64,000 nucleotides of DNA from the human T2T-CHM13v2.0 reference genome, Homo sapiens, in the NCBI RefSeq assembly GCF_009914755.1, contig NC_060935.1; one strand, given 5' to 3'. The notes under the pieces were generated by a model. The model saw only the letters and a program-made list of their open reading frames with translations. It was not told where the DNA came from and did not search any database. The position numbers and the translations under genes are program-made. The first letter of the stretch is position 1. Every line of letters begins with the position of its first letter. Below are positions 25,656 through 38,115 of the stretch, piece by piece.

Positions 25656-26149
25656 GAAGAAGAAGGAGAATGAGAAGATTGGACGTGGGAAGTGAGGAGG
25701 GAGAGGAAGTAAAAGAGAGGAAATAAAACAATTACAAATAAAGCTATTAACATACTTATAATATTAAGTTTTTTTATGAAACAAAGTATTTCCCTCATTT
25801 TTTGAGTGTTTTGTTAGTCTTCTTATGGTAATTTTAAAACGGAAGAAAAAACACACATACACAAATACAGAAAACCAAACAAAAATAAAGGAGTTGCTTA
25901 AGAAATTATTATAAGGCATACATCATGTAATCAAGAAATAGAAATTTGTCAGACACACCTAAAGCAATGTTCATTTGACTGGTCCTTATCACAATATCCT
26001 TCTTTCTGGCACAACTCACTTTTATAGTTCAGATTCATCTTCAAATCTTCCTGAAATTTGTATCCAAATGTCATTTTTCATCTTCAATAACCATGTGAAC
26101 ACCCATTTGCCTCTTTCTCTGGCTACTTCCTCAAGAAATCATTGTATTT

Positions 26150-27350
26150 CCATTACAGTAAATCTAAGTCTTTATTTCCCACTCTACATAGTATATAGTC
26201 AGATACGCGAGGTCACCATTACGACTTCCAATCAGAGCTCCCCTCCCTCTACCCAATAAACCAATACTAGAGGTGTTCAACAACCTAGAAAGTCTTCTTA
26301 CCATATCTGCCCAACATATCATCGTGCCCCATACTTCCCACACCCTGGATTTTTAGTGATTATATAAGCTCTCACTTCTCATGCTTCCTCACAACCAACT
26401 ACTGCCACAGTTCTTAGGAATTCCAGCATCCACACAGATTATCCACCCAGCACCCTCAAGACTCTCACTTCTTCTCCAATTGCACTTGTCTACACCCCAC
26501 CAGAGATACCCATGGTCAGAGTCACCAAGAACCTCACCACTAGATCAAAATCTGAAACAGTCATGCCCCAACTATAAGACCACATCTTTCCATTCACTTT
26601 TGCTTCTTTATTTAAACTATAAGGGCTGTTTGACCATGCATTGTGCCACAACCCATAGATTCCAGCCCAATCCCTATGTATTTACCCTTTCTGGTCCAAA
26701 ACCAGGTTTCATGGTTTATCACTATAATTACACCCTTTCAAACTCCCGAAGCATTTCTGCACCTTGCTCTTCTGTCACATTTGCATTGTCCATGTCCAAA
26801 CAGACAGAAAAGAGAAACTCAACCACCTTGTCATGTTTTTCCAAATGGATTGACTGGAAAAAGTAGTATCTATGGGACAGTCTCACTTTTATCTTCAGAA
26901 GAGCTCTCACAAAAAACTACACTCAGGTTTGTATTCCCATATTTTAAAACAATTATCTATGCCAAATATCCTCACCCCATCCCCAATCATGATCCTGACT
27001 GCCCACTGCCAGCTGATGGCCTTATCTTAAGCCACATTGACAGAATAGAGAGAAACTATCAGTGAGGAAACACCTCACTGCCCTACCACCAAAACTTTCA
27101 CTTATATATTTGGACCAAGCCACCCTTAAAATCAGAAATCTGAGAGTGATTCAAAAGTCCTCCTTTTCTCATCAAGAAGTCTCTCATGTCAGCTCTAACA
27201 TCCCTCTGCAATGTGTCCATTCTTCTGCCTTTTGACAGACACTTCCCTCCCCCAAGCTTCCAACCTCTCCTCTGTGAACTACTGTACCAGTGGGTTCCCC
27301 ACTTCCACTTGCCTCCTGCTACCCACACTGCAAGAGGAAAAAGAATATTT
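26150..27350 (+). mobile_element. Probable ancient L2 ORF2 fragment
   Basis: C-rich degenerate sequence with faint resemblance to the L2 endonuclease/RT region. Confidence 0.35.
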
Positions 27351-27383
27351 TCTTACAACTTTGAAAGTTTCTGATACCAAAAA

Positions 27384-27909
27384 TGTGAAAGTTGTTACTA
27401 CCAAGATGAAGTCCAGTATCGTCAGATCCAGGTGAAGTGGAGCTGGAGGGTCATGAAGGAGGGGAGCCCATGCCTGTATATCTGAGATAAGAGCTATCAC
27501 GACTCCCTAAAACCCACAAGAGATCATGGCACATCCTACATGCTTTACACCACAAGCAGGTCTTACACACTTTGCTCATTCTGCATGTTCACACATATTT
27601 CTGTAACTGCATTATATTCAAGACTGCAGCATTATAGATAAAATGTTCTCGCAGGAACACATGCCTAGCAATGGCTGTCTCTACCAAGAAGCTAACGCCA
27701 ACTCCTGCAGTCAGCTTCTGTGACCAATAAACTTTGTTTTAAAGTAGTTTCTGTGGATTTCTTTTTGCCTTTAAAAGTTTCCCCTTACCCCAACCTGTCA
27801 GGATGCACCTACAACTTGTTATACCTGGTGCATTCCTGTTTGCAATCCTTCGTTTAAATAAACTCATTATCTTTGGAAAGCTAATCTCTGCTGTTATTTT
27901 AGGTTGCCA
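27384..27909 (+). mobile_element. ERV1 (MER4-group-like) solo LTR
   Basis: Starts TGTGAAAGTTG, contains AATAAA, ends 'gttattttaggttgcca'; a truncated inverted paralog lies at ~21935-22410. Confidence 0.6.
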
Positions 27910-29113
27910 TAATAAGTCTAATTCAGTAGATAACATGTAAATTAATTCAACTCTGAACAACTACTTCTGATCTATTTTTTCTCCTATTAGTGAACATGTT
28001 TTAGTGCCACTACCAAGGATTATGGACAGTGTTTCACTTGTTTCTCCATGAAAACATCATTAGGTTTATCACCTGATGTTCTCAATGCTCAAGTCAATAA
28101 ACATTTTAAATTTAATACAATTTGAATCTCTCAATATGAGAGATTGCTTATTTCACTGTAATCTGTAAGCCTTAAATAAAAACATGTGGCTTAGTGGTGT
28201 GAAATCCATCCCCCAACATAAATAAGAATATAGTTTTTTTTTAAAATTTTTTATTTGATTTGATTTGGTGACCTATTATTTGAGGAGATAATTCCAAATT
28301 TTATGATAATCTGTGGTTTGTTATCCAACTTGGGTTTTTTTTTTTCAGTGTAATTCATAAGGTTTAAATAAAAGCATGTCGCTTAGTGGCTTGAAATGCA
28401 TCCTCCAAACAGAAATAAGAATATACTTTTTATTTACATTTTTTATTTCATTTAATTTGATGACCTATGATTTGAGCTGATAATTCCAAATTTTACAATC
28501 ATATGTAGTTCATTATCCAACTTGGATTTTACCCATTAAAGTGAGCATTAGTAAAAAAGATATAATTTATATGTAAAAACAGTTATCTGTTCAAACATGT
28601 AATATTATACTCTTATTAAAGAAGAACAACATTTAAGTTAACATACCACACTCCATTGGTCTCAACTTACTTAAAAAATTAAAAAGAAACCACTCAAATT
28701 GAGAAAAGGAAGTTTATTTAAAAGGTGCTTATCTATACAATGTTATTTATCTGCTGAATACCCTTAAACAAATCATTTTTCCAGCAGTCCATTATCAGCT
28801 CGGTTTGCTCATCTGGAAAATGGCGTCATGGTGGGCTAGCTTCCTTGTAGAATGATATAAGCATGAAATTAGTTATCCCATGTAATGCACCTAGCACAAT
28901 GCCAACCATTTTTCAGTGCTTTTAAAAATGTTAGTCCTTCTCATTTCCCATAAAATATTTTCTTGGTAATAGTCTCTTTCCAGGTGATGTGTACAAAAGT
29001 CACACAAACAGTACTCAGTGGAAGGTCTTTGTAGATGCTTCTCACAATAAATCCGGACTAAAGTCCCATGTCTAAGTTCTTACTGAGGAAGGGGACAAAG
29101 CCAGCCCAGATGT

Positions 29114-29698
29114 TCAGTAGAAGCAGACGGTGTGAAGAAAGCTTTTTCCTGCCTTCTCCTCCATTTGCAAGAGCAGCTCCTCCAGATTGTCTTCCATGTC
29201 GTCTGACTGCTGCAGGCACTGGCAAATCTCACAGATGAGGAAAGCTCCCAGGGTGGCATCTTCCAGGGTATCTTGGATGTCCATGTTGATCACGTGCACA
29301 GGCTGAAAGGTCTGCTGTTCTCTGGAACACAGATCTTCCACCACTGTGTCATAGACACTCTCCTCACAGGTGAAGATGACATCAAAGGAATCAGTGCACT
29401 CCTGAAATCTTTCTGGACCGGGCTTGATTCTCTCATTTCTTCCCAAGATGTGTAAGATTCCGTTGCGGGTGTAGCATTCTCTATCTTTCCTGAGGAGGTC
29501 ATTGTACATCTCCTTATATGTTGTTGCAAAATCATAAACTACAGGACGATTGGGTCTTGGTCCTGGTAGCCTCACATGAGATTCAGTTCCAAAAGACCGG
29601 ACACTTAGCCCTTTTTTCCTGAGGATGCTGTGGGCCTCCATGCTCCTGTTGACATTGCTCACGCACACCACAGCCACCCTGAGTGTGGAGGAGAGCAT
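29114..29698 (-). CDS. SSU72L: SSU72-like RNA polymerase II CTD phosphatase, intronless retrogene, 194 aa (second copy)
   Basis: Identical to 20337-20921 except one nucleotide (R28K); catalytic motifs intact. Confidence 0.93.
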   Translation of the reverse strand: MLSSTLRVAVVCVSNVNRSMEAHSILRKKGLSVRSFGTESHVRLPGPRPNRPVVYDFATTYKEMYNDLLRKDRECYTRNGILHILGRNERIKPGPERFQECTDSFDVIFTCEESVYDTVVEDLCSREQQTFQPVHVINMDIQDTLEDATLGAFLICEICQCLQQSDDMEDNLEELLLQMEEKAGKSFLHTVCFY

Positions 29699-29794
29699 GA
29701 TGGCGGCCACTGGGAACCAGAGAGACACAGGCACCTCAGCTGCTGCAGGGACTCGGAGCCGAGGAGACGACCACCTATACCCAGGTCTTCCAAA

Positions 29795-29995
29795 TGAGCT
29801 AATATGGAGGCACAGGAGGCAGGTTTATATTGAGTCACCTTAATTAGTGGGTGGAGACTTCATGACTTCTGGATTGATTAGGTTGTGATAATCGTCTCCT
29901 AACTCATCACAAGAACAATCCAGATGATTAAATTACCTAAAGCAGTAACTCTCAGCAAAGGTGGCACCACCCAGTCTGGATTCACTTAAAATCTG
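29795..29995 (-). promoter_or_regulatory. Putative proximal promoter of the right SSU72L gene
   Basis: TATAAA on the minus strand at 29824-29829; perfect TAATTTAATCA at 29925-29935; CAACCTAATCA at 29875-29885. Confidence 0.65.
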
Positions 29996-30574
29996 GAGTT
30001 TCCTCTGGTGGTTCTCCTAGTGAATGGGGGCTGCTATGGACAATGGCCAAGACAATTAAGCTACCTGCAAGCATGTCATAGGACTCTCCAGTGACCTTCA
30101 GACATTAAATTGGATGATAAACATATTGACAATGTCCAAGGCTGCACCCTATTTAATTATAAATTACAAGTGATGTTGCTTGTTTTAATTTTCATAGTGT
30201 TCGAGAAATGCAATTGCATAAATCACAGGACCATTGTACATAGTTTTGTCCAGAAATTCACAAAATTTTTCACCAATCCAAAAAAAACCCATTCTCAACA
30301 ACATATCTGCTTATGGTATTTTAAGAGTTATTCTACACAACATTTTCTGCCTTTGATATTACTGAAATCATAATGATTCTCCAGAGAAGGTAGCAACTGC
30401 TGCAAGCCTCTGCCTACTTTAATATGCCTTCAGGTACAGTTGTGTCTTAGTTTTCGGTACTGAAATACAATGTTTAGAATTATTTTTCTTTAAAAGTTTG
30501 TAAAATTTATTAAGAAAATGAAGAGATTTTAAAATTATGAAAGGGGTTCCAAACAATAAGGATAATCATGTCAC

Positions 30575-30715
30575 TTTATAATCAATCACCTTATGGTTGA
30601 TTAGATTATGATAATGGGCTCCTAACTAATTGAAATAATCATCAAGATGATTAAATTCCTAAAGCTGCAACTCTCCACAAAGGGGGCCCCACCCAGTCGG
30701 GATTCATTTATAGGT
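30575..30715 (-). promoter_or_regulatory. Upstream promoter-module copy of the right SSU72L gene
   Basis: Perfect TAATCTAATCA on the minus strand at 30598-30608; GAATTTAATCA at 30648-30658. Confidence 0.6.
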
Positions 30716-30940
30716 GAGCTCTGTTTGCTGTCACTCACTGATTCACCAAAAATTGAGTAAATAATAACCTTGCTTGTTTTTATTAATTTTTCTTAAATGT
30801 ATGTATGGCTCACATTTATATCAATGTAAATCAGATCAGGGACATCACTTTTGTCCCTGGTGCAGTGACAAAATGTATCTATAAAGCAATATATTGTATT
30901 TTTGTATGTCCTTCTTAAGGTGATTCTTACATTGCAAATA

Positions 30941-32054
30941 CAGCAGGTTCTCAAATAACATCCTTTTTTTTCTTTTTTCATTTTGACAAAGGGTCTCACT
31001 CTGTCACCCCGGTTGTAATGCAGTGGTGCCATCATGGCTCACTGCAACCTCAGACTCCTGGGCTCAATCATTCCTCTCATATTGATCTCCTGAGTAGCTT
31101 GGACGACAGGTGTGTACCACCATGCCTGAATAACTTCTGTATTTTTTGTAGAGGATGGAATTTTACCATGTTACCCAGGCTGGTCTCAAAAGCCCAGGGG
31201 CTCAAGTGATCCACCCGCTTCAGCCTCCCAAAGTGCTGGGATTACAGGCATGAGCCACTGTGCCCAGCCTCACCTAACATCATTTTATTGTAACATTAAT
31301 GAGAAAAAAGTTTGACTTCTGGCGGGGCCACTGTCTGTGTGGAGTTTACGTATTCTCCCTATGTCTGTGTGGGTTGTCTCTGGATACTCTTGTTTCCTCC
31401 CACATCCGAAAGATGTGCACATTAGGTGAACTGACATCTCTATGGTCCTAGTGTGAGGGTGTGCCCTGAATCCCAGATGGGGTCCTGTCCAGCGTTGATT
31501 CCTTCCTCACACCTTGAGCTGCCGAGATAGGCTCCAGCCACCTGCCACTCCAAAGAGGAATCAGCGGATTGGAAAATGAATGAATGAATACAAATTATTG
31601 ACAAATAAAAATTCATAAAATATGTGGTAATCATACAAATGCAAGACAATAATGATCAGAGTACAAAATAGATCAGCCTGCCGTGTCTGTCATTGTTGGT
31701 TTTTAACTGTGTAGTAGTAGGAAGAGCTCCTTATAATTTTTTCTTTGCAAACATTTATTCCTTGATTTAACTTACCACAACTACGGCCACTGTCACTCAC
31801 TGATTCACCAAAAATTGGGTAAATAATAATCTTACTTGGTTTTATTAAGCTTTCTTAAATGTGTGTATAACTCACATTTATTTCAAGGTTTAATATTCAA
31901 AGTGTGTTGAATCTTTATTTAGAAATTTGGTGATGCTTTTGTGACTCTTGTTCATATCAATTAACCTATGATAAAATTGATTTTATTATACATCATTTCG
32001 CTTGAAGTCATTGTTTTGAAGAACCTATTGACCACAGTTAGTGAGTGCTTACTG
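30941..32054 (+). mobile_element. MER6-like DNA transposon with nested AluJ (~30964-31270)
   Basis: CAGCAGGTTCTCAAATAAC start, TA TSD; mirror of 17980-19093. Confidence 0.8.
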
Positions 32055-34925
32055 TATTTTTTAAATCAGTAAACACCTTCAAGTTTCTCAAAGTGTGTGC
32101 TCAGCATTAGCCTCAATTGGGAGCTATTAAAAAAAAATGCAAATTTGGACCTCAAACCACTGAATCAGAAACTCGAGTGGTGAAGCCCAGAGATCTGTGT
32201 TTTTCAAAGTCTTCCTAATAATTCCAAAACCCAAAGTTTTAGAAGAACTTCCCTAGAGATTTTTGAAACTTGACTATACATTAGAAGCATCTGAAGAATT
32301 GTTAAATGCACTGCTTCGGGCATAGAGAATGAACAGGATTTTCTTGAAAAACCAAATGAGAGGAAACATTCAACATAAATGAAAAGCTAGTCAGATCTTA
32401 AATATGTTGTGAAATGTCTTATCAGACTCAATGACTGAGACCTAAAGAAATCTAACAAATGAAAAGAAGAAAAATCTCAGAGACCAGCTATAAGTGTTAC
32501 TGAAAAGGAAGATGTTTTGTGTGTTTTGAAAGAATTGAGAAACAGTGTTAAACCAAACCTTGAAGACTGATACACAAAGTGGTTGCATATAATTTCAACA
32601 GAAATAAAAGGATAATACCGGGAGGATCAGTATGAAATACTAAATGTATCATATAAGTGAATTTCTACTTGAAACACTTCTTAGAGGTAGTACTACGGGT
32701 ACTGCCTATGTCCTCAGGGGAAATGACAAGGGCATTTACTATGTTCTGCCTCCAAGTGAAGGCACAAAGTGAGACAAAGAAAAAAATCCAGGGAAACAGT
32801 ATGTGGTTAATTGGATTAGATGTTGAGCTGATGGTAGAGTACCAACTCAGAGACATAAAAGTAGACATAATTTATTTAAACACTAATTGCTTTTCAAAGC
32901 ACCAGACTTCTTGATTACATAAGTCCAAGTATAGGGGAACACACACAAGACAAAACCTGGAGAAGTGTATTAGAAAAACAACGTGATGAGACAGAGAAAA
33001 ATGTTTCCGCTGCTATTGCGATATCACAAGTTATACAGGACCTGAAGAGAAATGAATAAATCTCAAGATTCTGAGGGAGAACATGGCAAAGGTATTCTGG
33101 CTTCTAGGCACCTCGAAACACAGGCATCAATAACAGTTCCAGTTCTGGAATCTGCTAAGAGTGATTTTCCAGTTCAGTGATTGTTAACTGTGGCTGGATA
33201 TTTCAAGACCTTTCTACCAAACTTTTATAAGATGCCAATGTCTGGGACCTACCCCAGATCAAATGAATCAAAATCTCTGGGCATGGATTATGTTCATCCT
33301 GATTTTATTTCTTATTCCTGTGATCCCTTCACCCACCCACATTTCAAAATTTATTTAATGCTAGAATTTAGTCTATACACATTTGGTGTAATGACTTTTT
33401 TACTGTACATTCCTCACATCTTCTTTATTTTATATTGTTATTTCTGCCCTTGGTTTTTGTCAAGTTGTTATATACTCCATTTTGTACCTAACTTGAAATT
33501 CTACTTGGATTACCCACCCCATTAAATGGTTACCTGCGCTTTCTCTGCCTTCCTGATCAGAACACGTTTCTCTAGTACTTATTTGAAAACAAGAGTTTTG
33601 CAATGCTCTTAATTCTTTTTCACTTTTGACTGATCCCCTATTCCTAACTTCCAGGTTTTGCCAGGATATTTTGTTAATTTTAGTTCAATAGCCTTAGTGA
33701 AATGTATCTCACAGATAGTTCCTTCAATTTCTGAGTCCTTATTTACAACTGAGAATGAACTTTACCTGAAGTCTAAACTTCTTTTTCTGTTATGCACATA
33801 AGAAATTATTGAAATATTTAGTCCCAGCCTCAGTACATGCCTCCATTTCCTTTCTTTTCTTCACATTCCCACCAATTGTTGTTCAGGTTCACATCAGTGA
33901 CAATGTTTGGAAAGTCTTCTCTCAAATAGGTTTCTCTGTTGGGGGACACAGGAGATAAACTGTCTGAATTACTGTGTATCTTTCCTTCAACCTAACAGAG
34001 GGGCCACATCTCAGCTGGGTACAGGATTGTTGGGCTGTAGTCCTTTCTCTCAGTAGTCCTTAACTGCTATGCCACTGTCCGTTCCAGCGTTGGAGATATA
34101 AAGTCTAATTCCAGCATCCTTCTCCTTCTGTAGATAATATGTTCTTTTTAACTGTATGTTTGTCAGATTTTTCTCTTTCTCTTTAGAGTTCAACATTTGT
34201 ACTGACAGATGCCTCAGTGTTTCTTTTTTCTCATCACTCTAGTCCAGTATTTCCCCATTGTTTTAATCAACCCCCACTTAAGGAGCCTTCTTAGACATTT
34301 TTCCCTAATCACTTCCCCATAAAATTTTAATAGCATAGATATAGTGTGTATTTGTTTATGTACGGCATCTGTGCTCTGTACATAAAGGGAGTGAGATTTC
34401 TGTTCACTCCCCCGAGAACCAGTTTCTGCCCCATTATGGACATTGTCACTCCTGTTGAGAAAGCATGGTTTAACCTGAAACAGTGAGCCTTTATTACATT
34501 CAAGAAATAATCTACTATTCTTTAATTATTGTCTTACTTCCACGAATACCTTTTACTCCTTGTGAAATTCTAGTAATTTACATTTTGTTATTCTTCATTT
34601 ATCTGCCACGTCCCTTCTTTTTCCTCGTGGTTTCTTATATTTCTGCTTTTTGTTTTGAAGTATTAGTCAAATCAAATTTGGATCTCAATTCACTCACTAA
34701 ATTGTTGATAAGAGAAATCGTGTTTTGGTCTCAGAAAGTGTTGGCCCCTCACATTTTTTTAAATAGAATTTACTTTTTGTCCAAGTTGTCATCTTTCTCC
34801 CCTCCCCTCTGCATGTCACTGGTAAGTGTTCAGTTTCTTCTGACTGATCATTGCTGACTGCTGGGCCTGCTAACACAGAATCTTTATCACTGACGCTTAA
34901 GTTGCTCCTGGACTCCAAATGGGAG

Positions 34926-35686
34926 TGTTACAGGTAGTTAGACAGAGATGAACCAGGCAGGAGAGGGCTCTACCCCCAACCCACCAGGAAGGTCAGGTGA
35001 CCAGCAAGTGATGGTTGGGCAGTTACCACACTGCCTCTCTAAAAATGAGAACTTGGCAGCAGTGAAGAAAGACAATCTCCTGATGGTCCATAGCTGCCAC
35101 ACTAAAGTGTTCATTGAACTCAGGCACCAGGGAGAGGCAACTTCCCAAACAGATGAAAACACTTGAGATTGGTTATCAGCTTCCAATAAAATCTCAGGAT
35201 TTGGGCAAGTGAATCCAGGCATGTGCCTTAAGAGAAAATGGCAGAGTATGACCTTCCGGAGGCATTCCACCAGAAAAGGGAAGAAAGCCTCAGATGGACA
35301 TGAGTACAATTTCCTAAACACACTGCGCATGCTCACTTCCCAAGCATAAGGAGGGTGTTAGCAGGTGGGCAGCCTACCCTAAGGGAAGAATCATGGGAAA
35401 GGGGTGCAATATGCCAAAAATGGGCCACAATATAAAGTCCCAGGATCAAGGTTAAGCAGGGCACTTGTCCTTCAAGTCACCCACTGGAGTCTCTTCCAAG
35501 TGTACTTTACTTTCTGCTCTAAAGCTGTTTAATAAGCTTCCACTCCTGCTCTGAGACTTGCCTCGGTCTTTTTTTGCCTTATGCCTCTTAGTCGAATTCT
35601 TGCTGCTCTGAAGAGATAAGAACTGAGGTTGCTGCAGACCCGTACGGATTCACCTTAGGTAACTCAGATACCTTCTTCCCCTAACA
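34926..35686 (+). mobile_element. ERV1 solo LTR, MER50-like
   Basis: TGTTACAGG...CTAACA with GGAG TSD; mirror of 14350-15111. Confidence 0.75.
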
Positions 35687-37667
35687 GGAGCAGTCCCAGA
35701 GATGCTAGAAGACACAGGGGTCTCTGTTGGCCCAAGTCTGGTAGTAAAGAACAAAGCAAGCAGCAGATCTCTTCAGATGCACCTAAAGAAAGCCTTTGAG
35801 TTTCCTGGTCCCCTTCAACCCACTTCAGGGTTTCCCTTTGGCTTCTTGGGTCCATGAAGAATCTCAGGATACCAAAATCAGCCTCTCTCCTCTTCCCTCC
35901 TCGGATCGCAAGCCCAGGGCCTAACTGACAACACTCATAAAGCACCCCCTACCAGTTCTCCCTTCAGGCCCTCAAGCAACCAATTTCTCTTGGGTGAGTA
36001 CCTAAGACTGAAATGTCTGGGCTATAGGATAAATATATGTTGAACTTCCTAAGAATTGCCAAATATTTTTTTCCAAAGTGGTTGAATCAGTTTACATTCC
36101 CAGCATCAGCGTCCCCATTGTTCCACAACTTCACCAACATTCATTCTTTCTCACCTTTTCTATTTTAGCCATTTAGTGTTTCTGAGTGGAATTTTGGGAT
36201 TTTAGTTTGCATTTCCCTGATGACTAAAGATGCTGAGCATCATCTCATGTGTTTATGGTCCATTTGTACACCTTGTTTTGTGAAGTCTTATTTATAATAA
36301 TTATTAATAAAATTTATTTTCTATTTTCAAGATTGTTCTTATTTTTCATTTTATGTATTTGTGCTATTCTTCTCAACTCTTTAAAAAAATAGATTTGCTC
36401 CTGTTTCTGTTTTGTTTGGTGTTGTTGTTTTGTTGTTGATGTGTTTCAAACAACCTGGTATATTACTGTTTGGCAGGGTTGTCTCCTAATAGGCTGCAAA
36501 CCCCTTGAGGGCAAATGGTAGACTTCTTTATCTGCCCTTCCAGATCAGCCAGAAAAGTTCCTAGAACATAGTAAATGCTTGGTAAATTTCCTTGTGTCAG
36601 TATTGACAGACAATGACTCCCTATTACAGCTCATTGCTGACTCTAGCCCAGCAAGGGGATTGTACTAACTAGGCCCATGCCATTATCTAGGCTCCTGTAG
36701 TGTCAGGGGCATGATTACGTCATAAAAATTACAACTTTGACGTTATCTTTCATAGTTCTATCATCCTCATTATACTAGACTCAATGACCAGAACTGTGCA
36801 TATTCATCTTGGCTCACTGCTCATACAGTACCTGGATACTTTAGGAATTCAGTACTTAATTGTGTTTTGTTTGTTTTTTAGAGACAAGGTCTTGCTCTGT
36901 CACCTATGCTGGAGTACAGTGGCACAATCAAAGCTCACTGCAGCCTTGAACTCCTGGAATCCAGTGATCTTCAGCCTCCTAAGTAGCTAGAACTATATGA
37001 GTGCACCACCGTGCCAAGCTCATTTTTTTTTCTAGAGATGGGGTCTCACTGTGTTGGCCAGGCAGGTCTCGAGCTCCTAACCTCAGGCAATCCTCCCACT
37101 TGGGCCTCCCAAAGCATGGCTTGCCAGTTCCTAATTTTTGAACCAAGTCTGCAGCACTGTAGGTAGAGAGGGGAAACCAGAAGCCATAGTTTATTATCTG
37201 AGAAATGTATACTATAAGAAATTTTGGAAAAATACAACAGATGTATCATTTTCCTGAGTTAGCATGGATTGGAAAGGGTAAGCCTATAAGCAGAGACCAG
37301 TTAGAAGTCTGGTGTGATCATCCAGGTGACAGAGGATAAATCCTAAACCAGTCCCTTGGGGCTTTGGGACACTTGTGGATAAGCAGAAGCTACATCCAAC
37401 ATCTGAGCACAATGGAGGAGCTTGTACTAACCTTCCAATCAATAGTAAGCATAGAAGCTAGGTAAAATACTTAAAGCAACCAAAGTTGTTAAAGAAAAAA
37501 ACAATCCAAGTGGGACTTGAAGGGAAGATTGCTGGAAAGAATGTACACTAGTGCAGCTATGCAAGCCCCACATTTGCCTCTGCTTTTGTCCTCAGAGCAT
37601 TTGCTTAGTCCTGGCATGTGCAACAAAGACCAAGTTGAAAGGTAGTGGGAGCTTGTAGCATTCTCAG

Positions 37668-38115
37668 TGTCAGGCCTCTGAGCCCAAGCTAAGCCATCAT
37701 ATCCCCTGTGACCTGCATGAATACATCCAGAGGGCCTGAAGCAACTGAAGAATCACAAAAGAAGTGATATTTAAATGGCCTGTTCCTGCCTTAACTGATG
37801 ACATTCCACCACAAAAGAAAAGAAAATGGCCTGTCCTTGCCTTAACTGATGACATTACTTTGTGAAATTCCTTCTCCTGGCTCATCCTGGCTCAAAAACT
37901 CCCCCACTGAGCAACTTGTGACCCCCCACTCCTGCCCACCAGAGAAGAACCCCCTTTTTCCTTTACCTACCCAAATCTTATAAAACGGCCAGACCCCTAT
38001 CTCCCTTTGCTGACACTCTTTTCGGACTCAGCCTGCCTGCACCCAGGTGAAATAACCAGCCTTGTTGCTCACGCAAAGCCTGTTTGGTGGTCTCTTCACA
38101 TGGACGCGAGTGAAA
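37668..38115 (+). mobile_element. Solo LTR7 (HERV-H)
   Basis: TGTCAGGCC...GAGTGAAA with perfect 5-bp TSD CTCAG (37663-37667, 38116-38120); same insertion site as the left-arm provirus. Confidence 0.96.
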
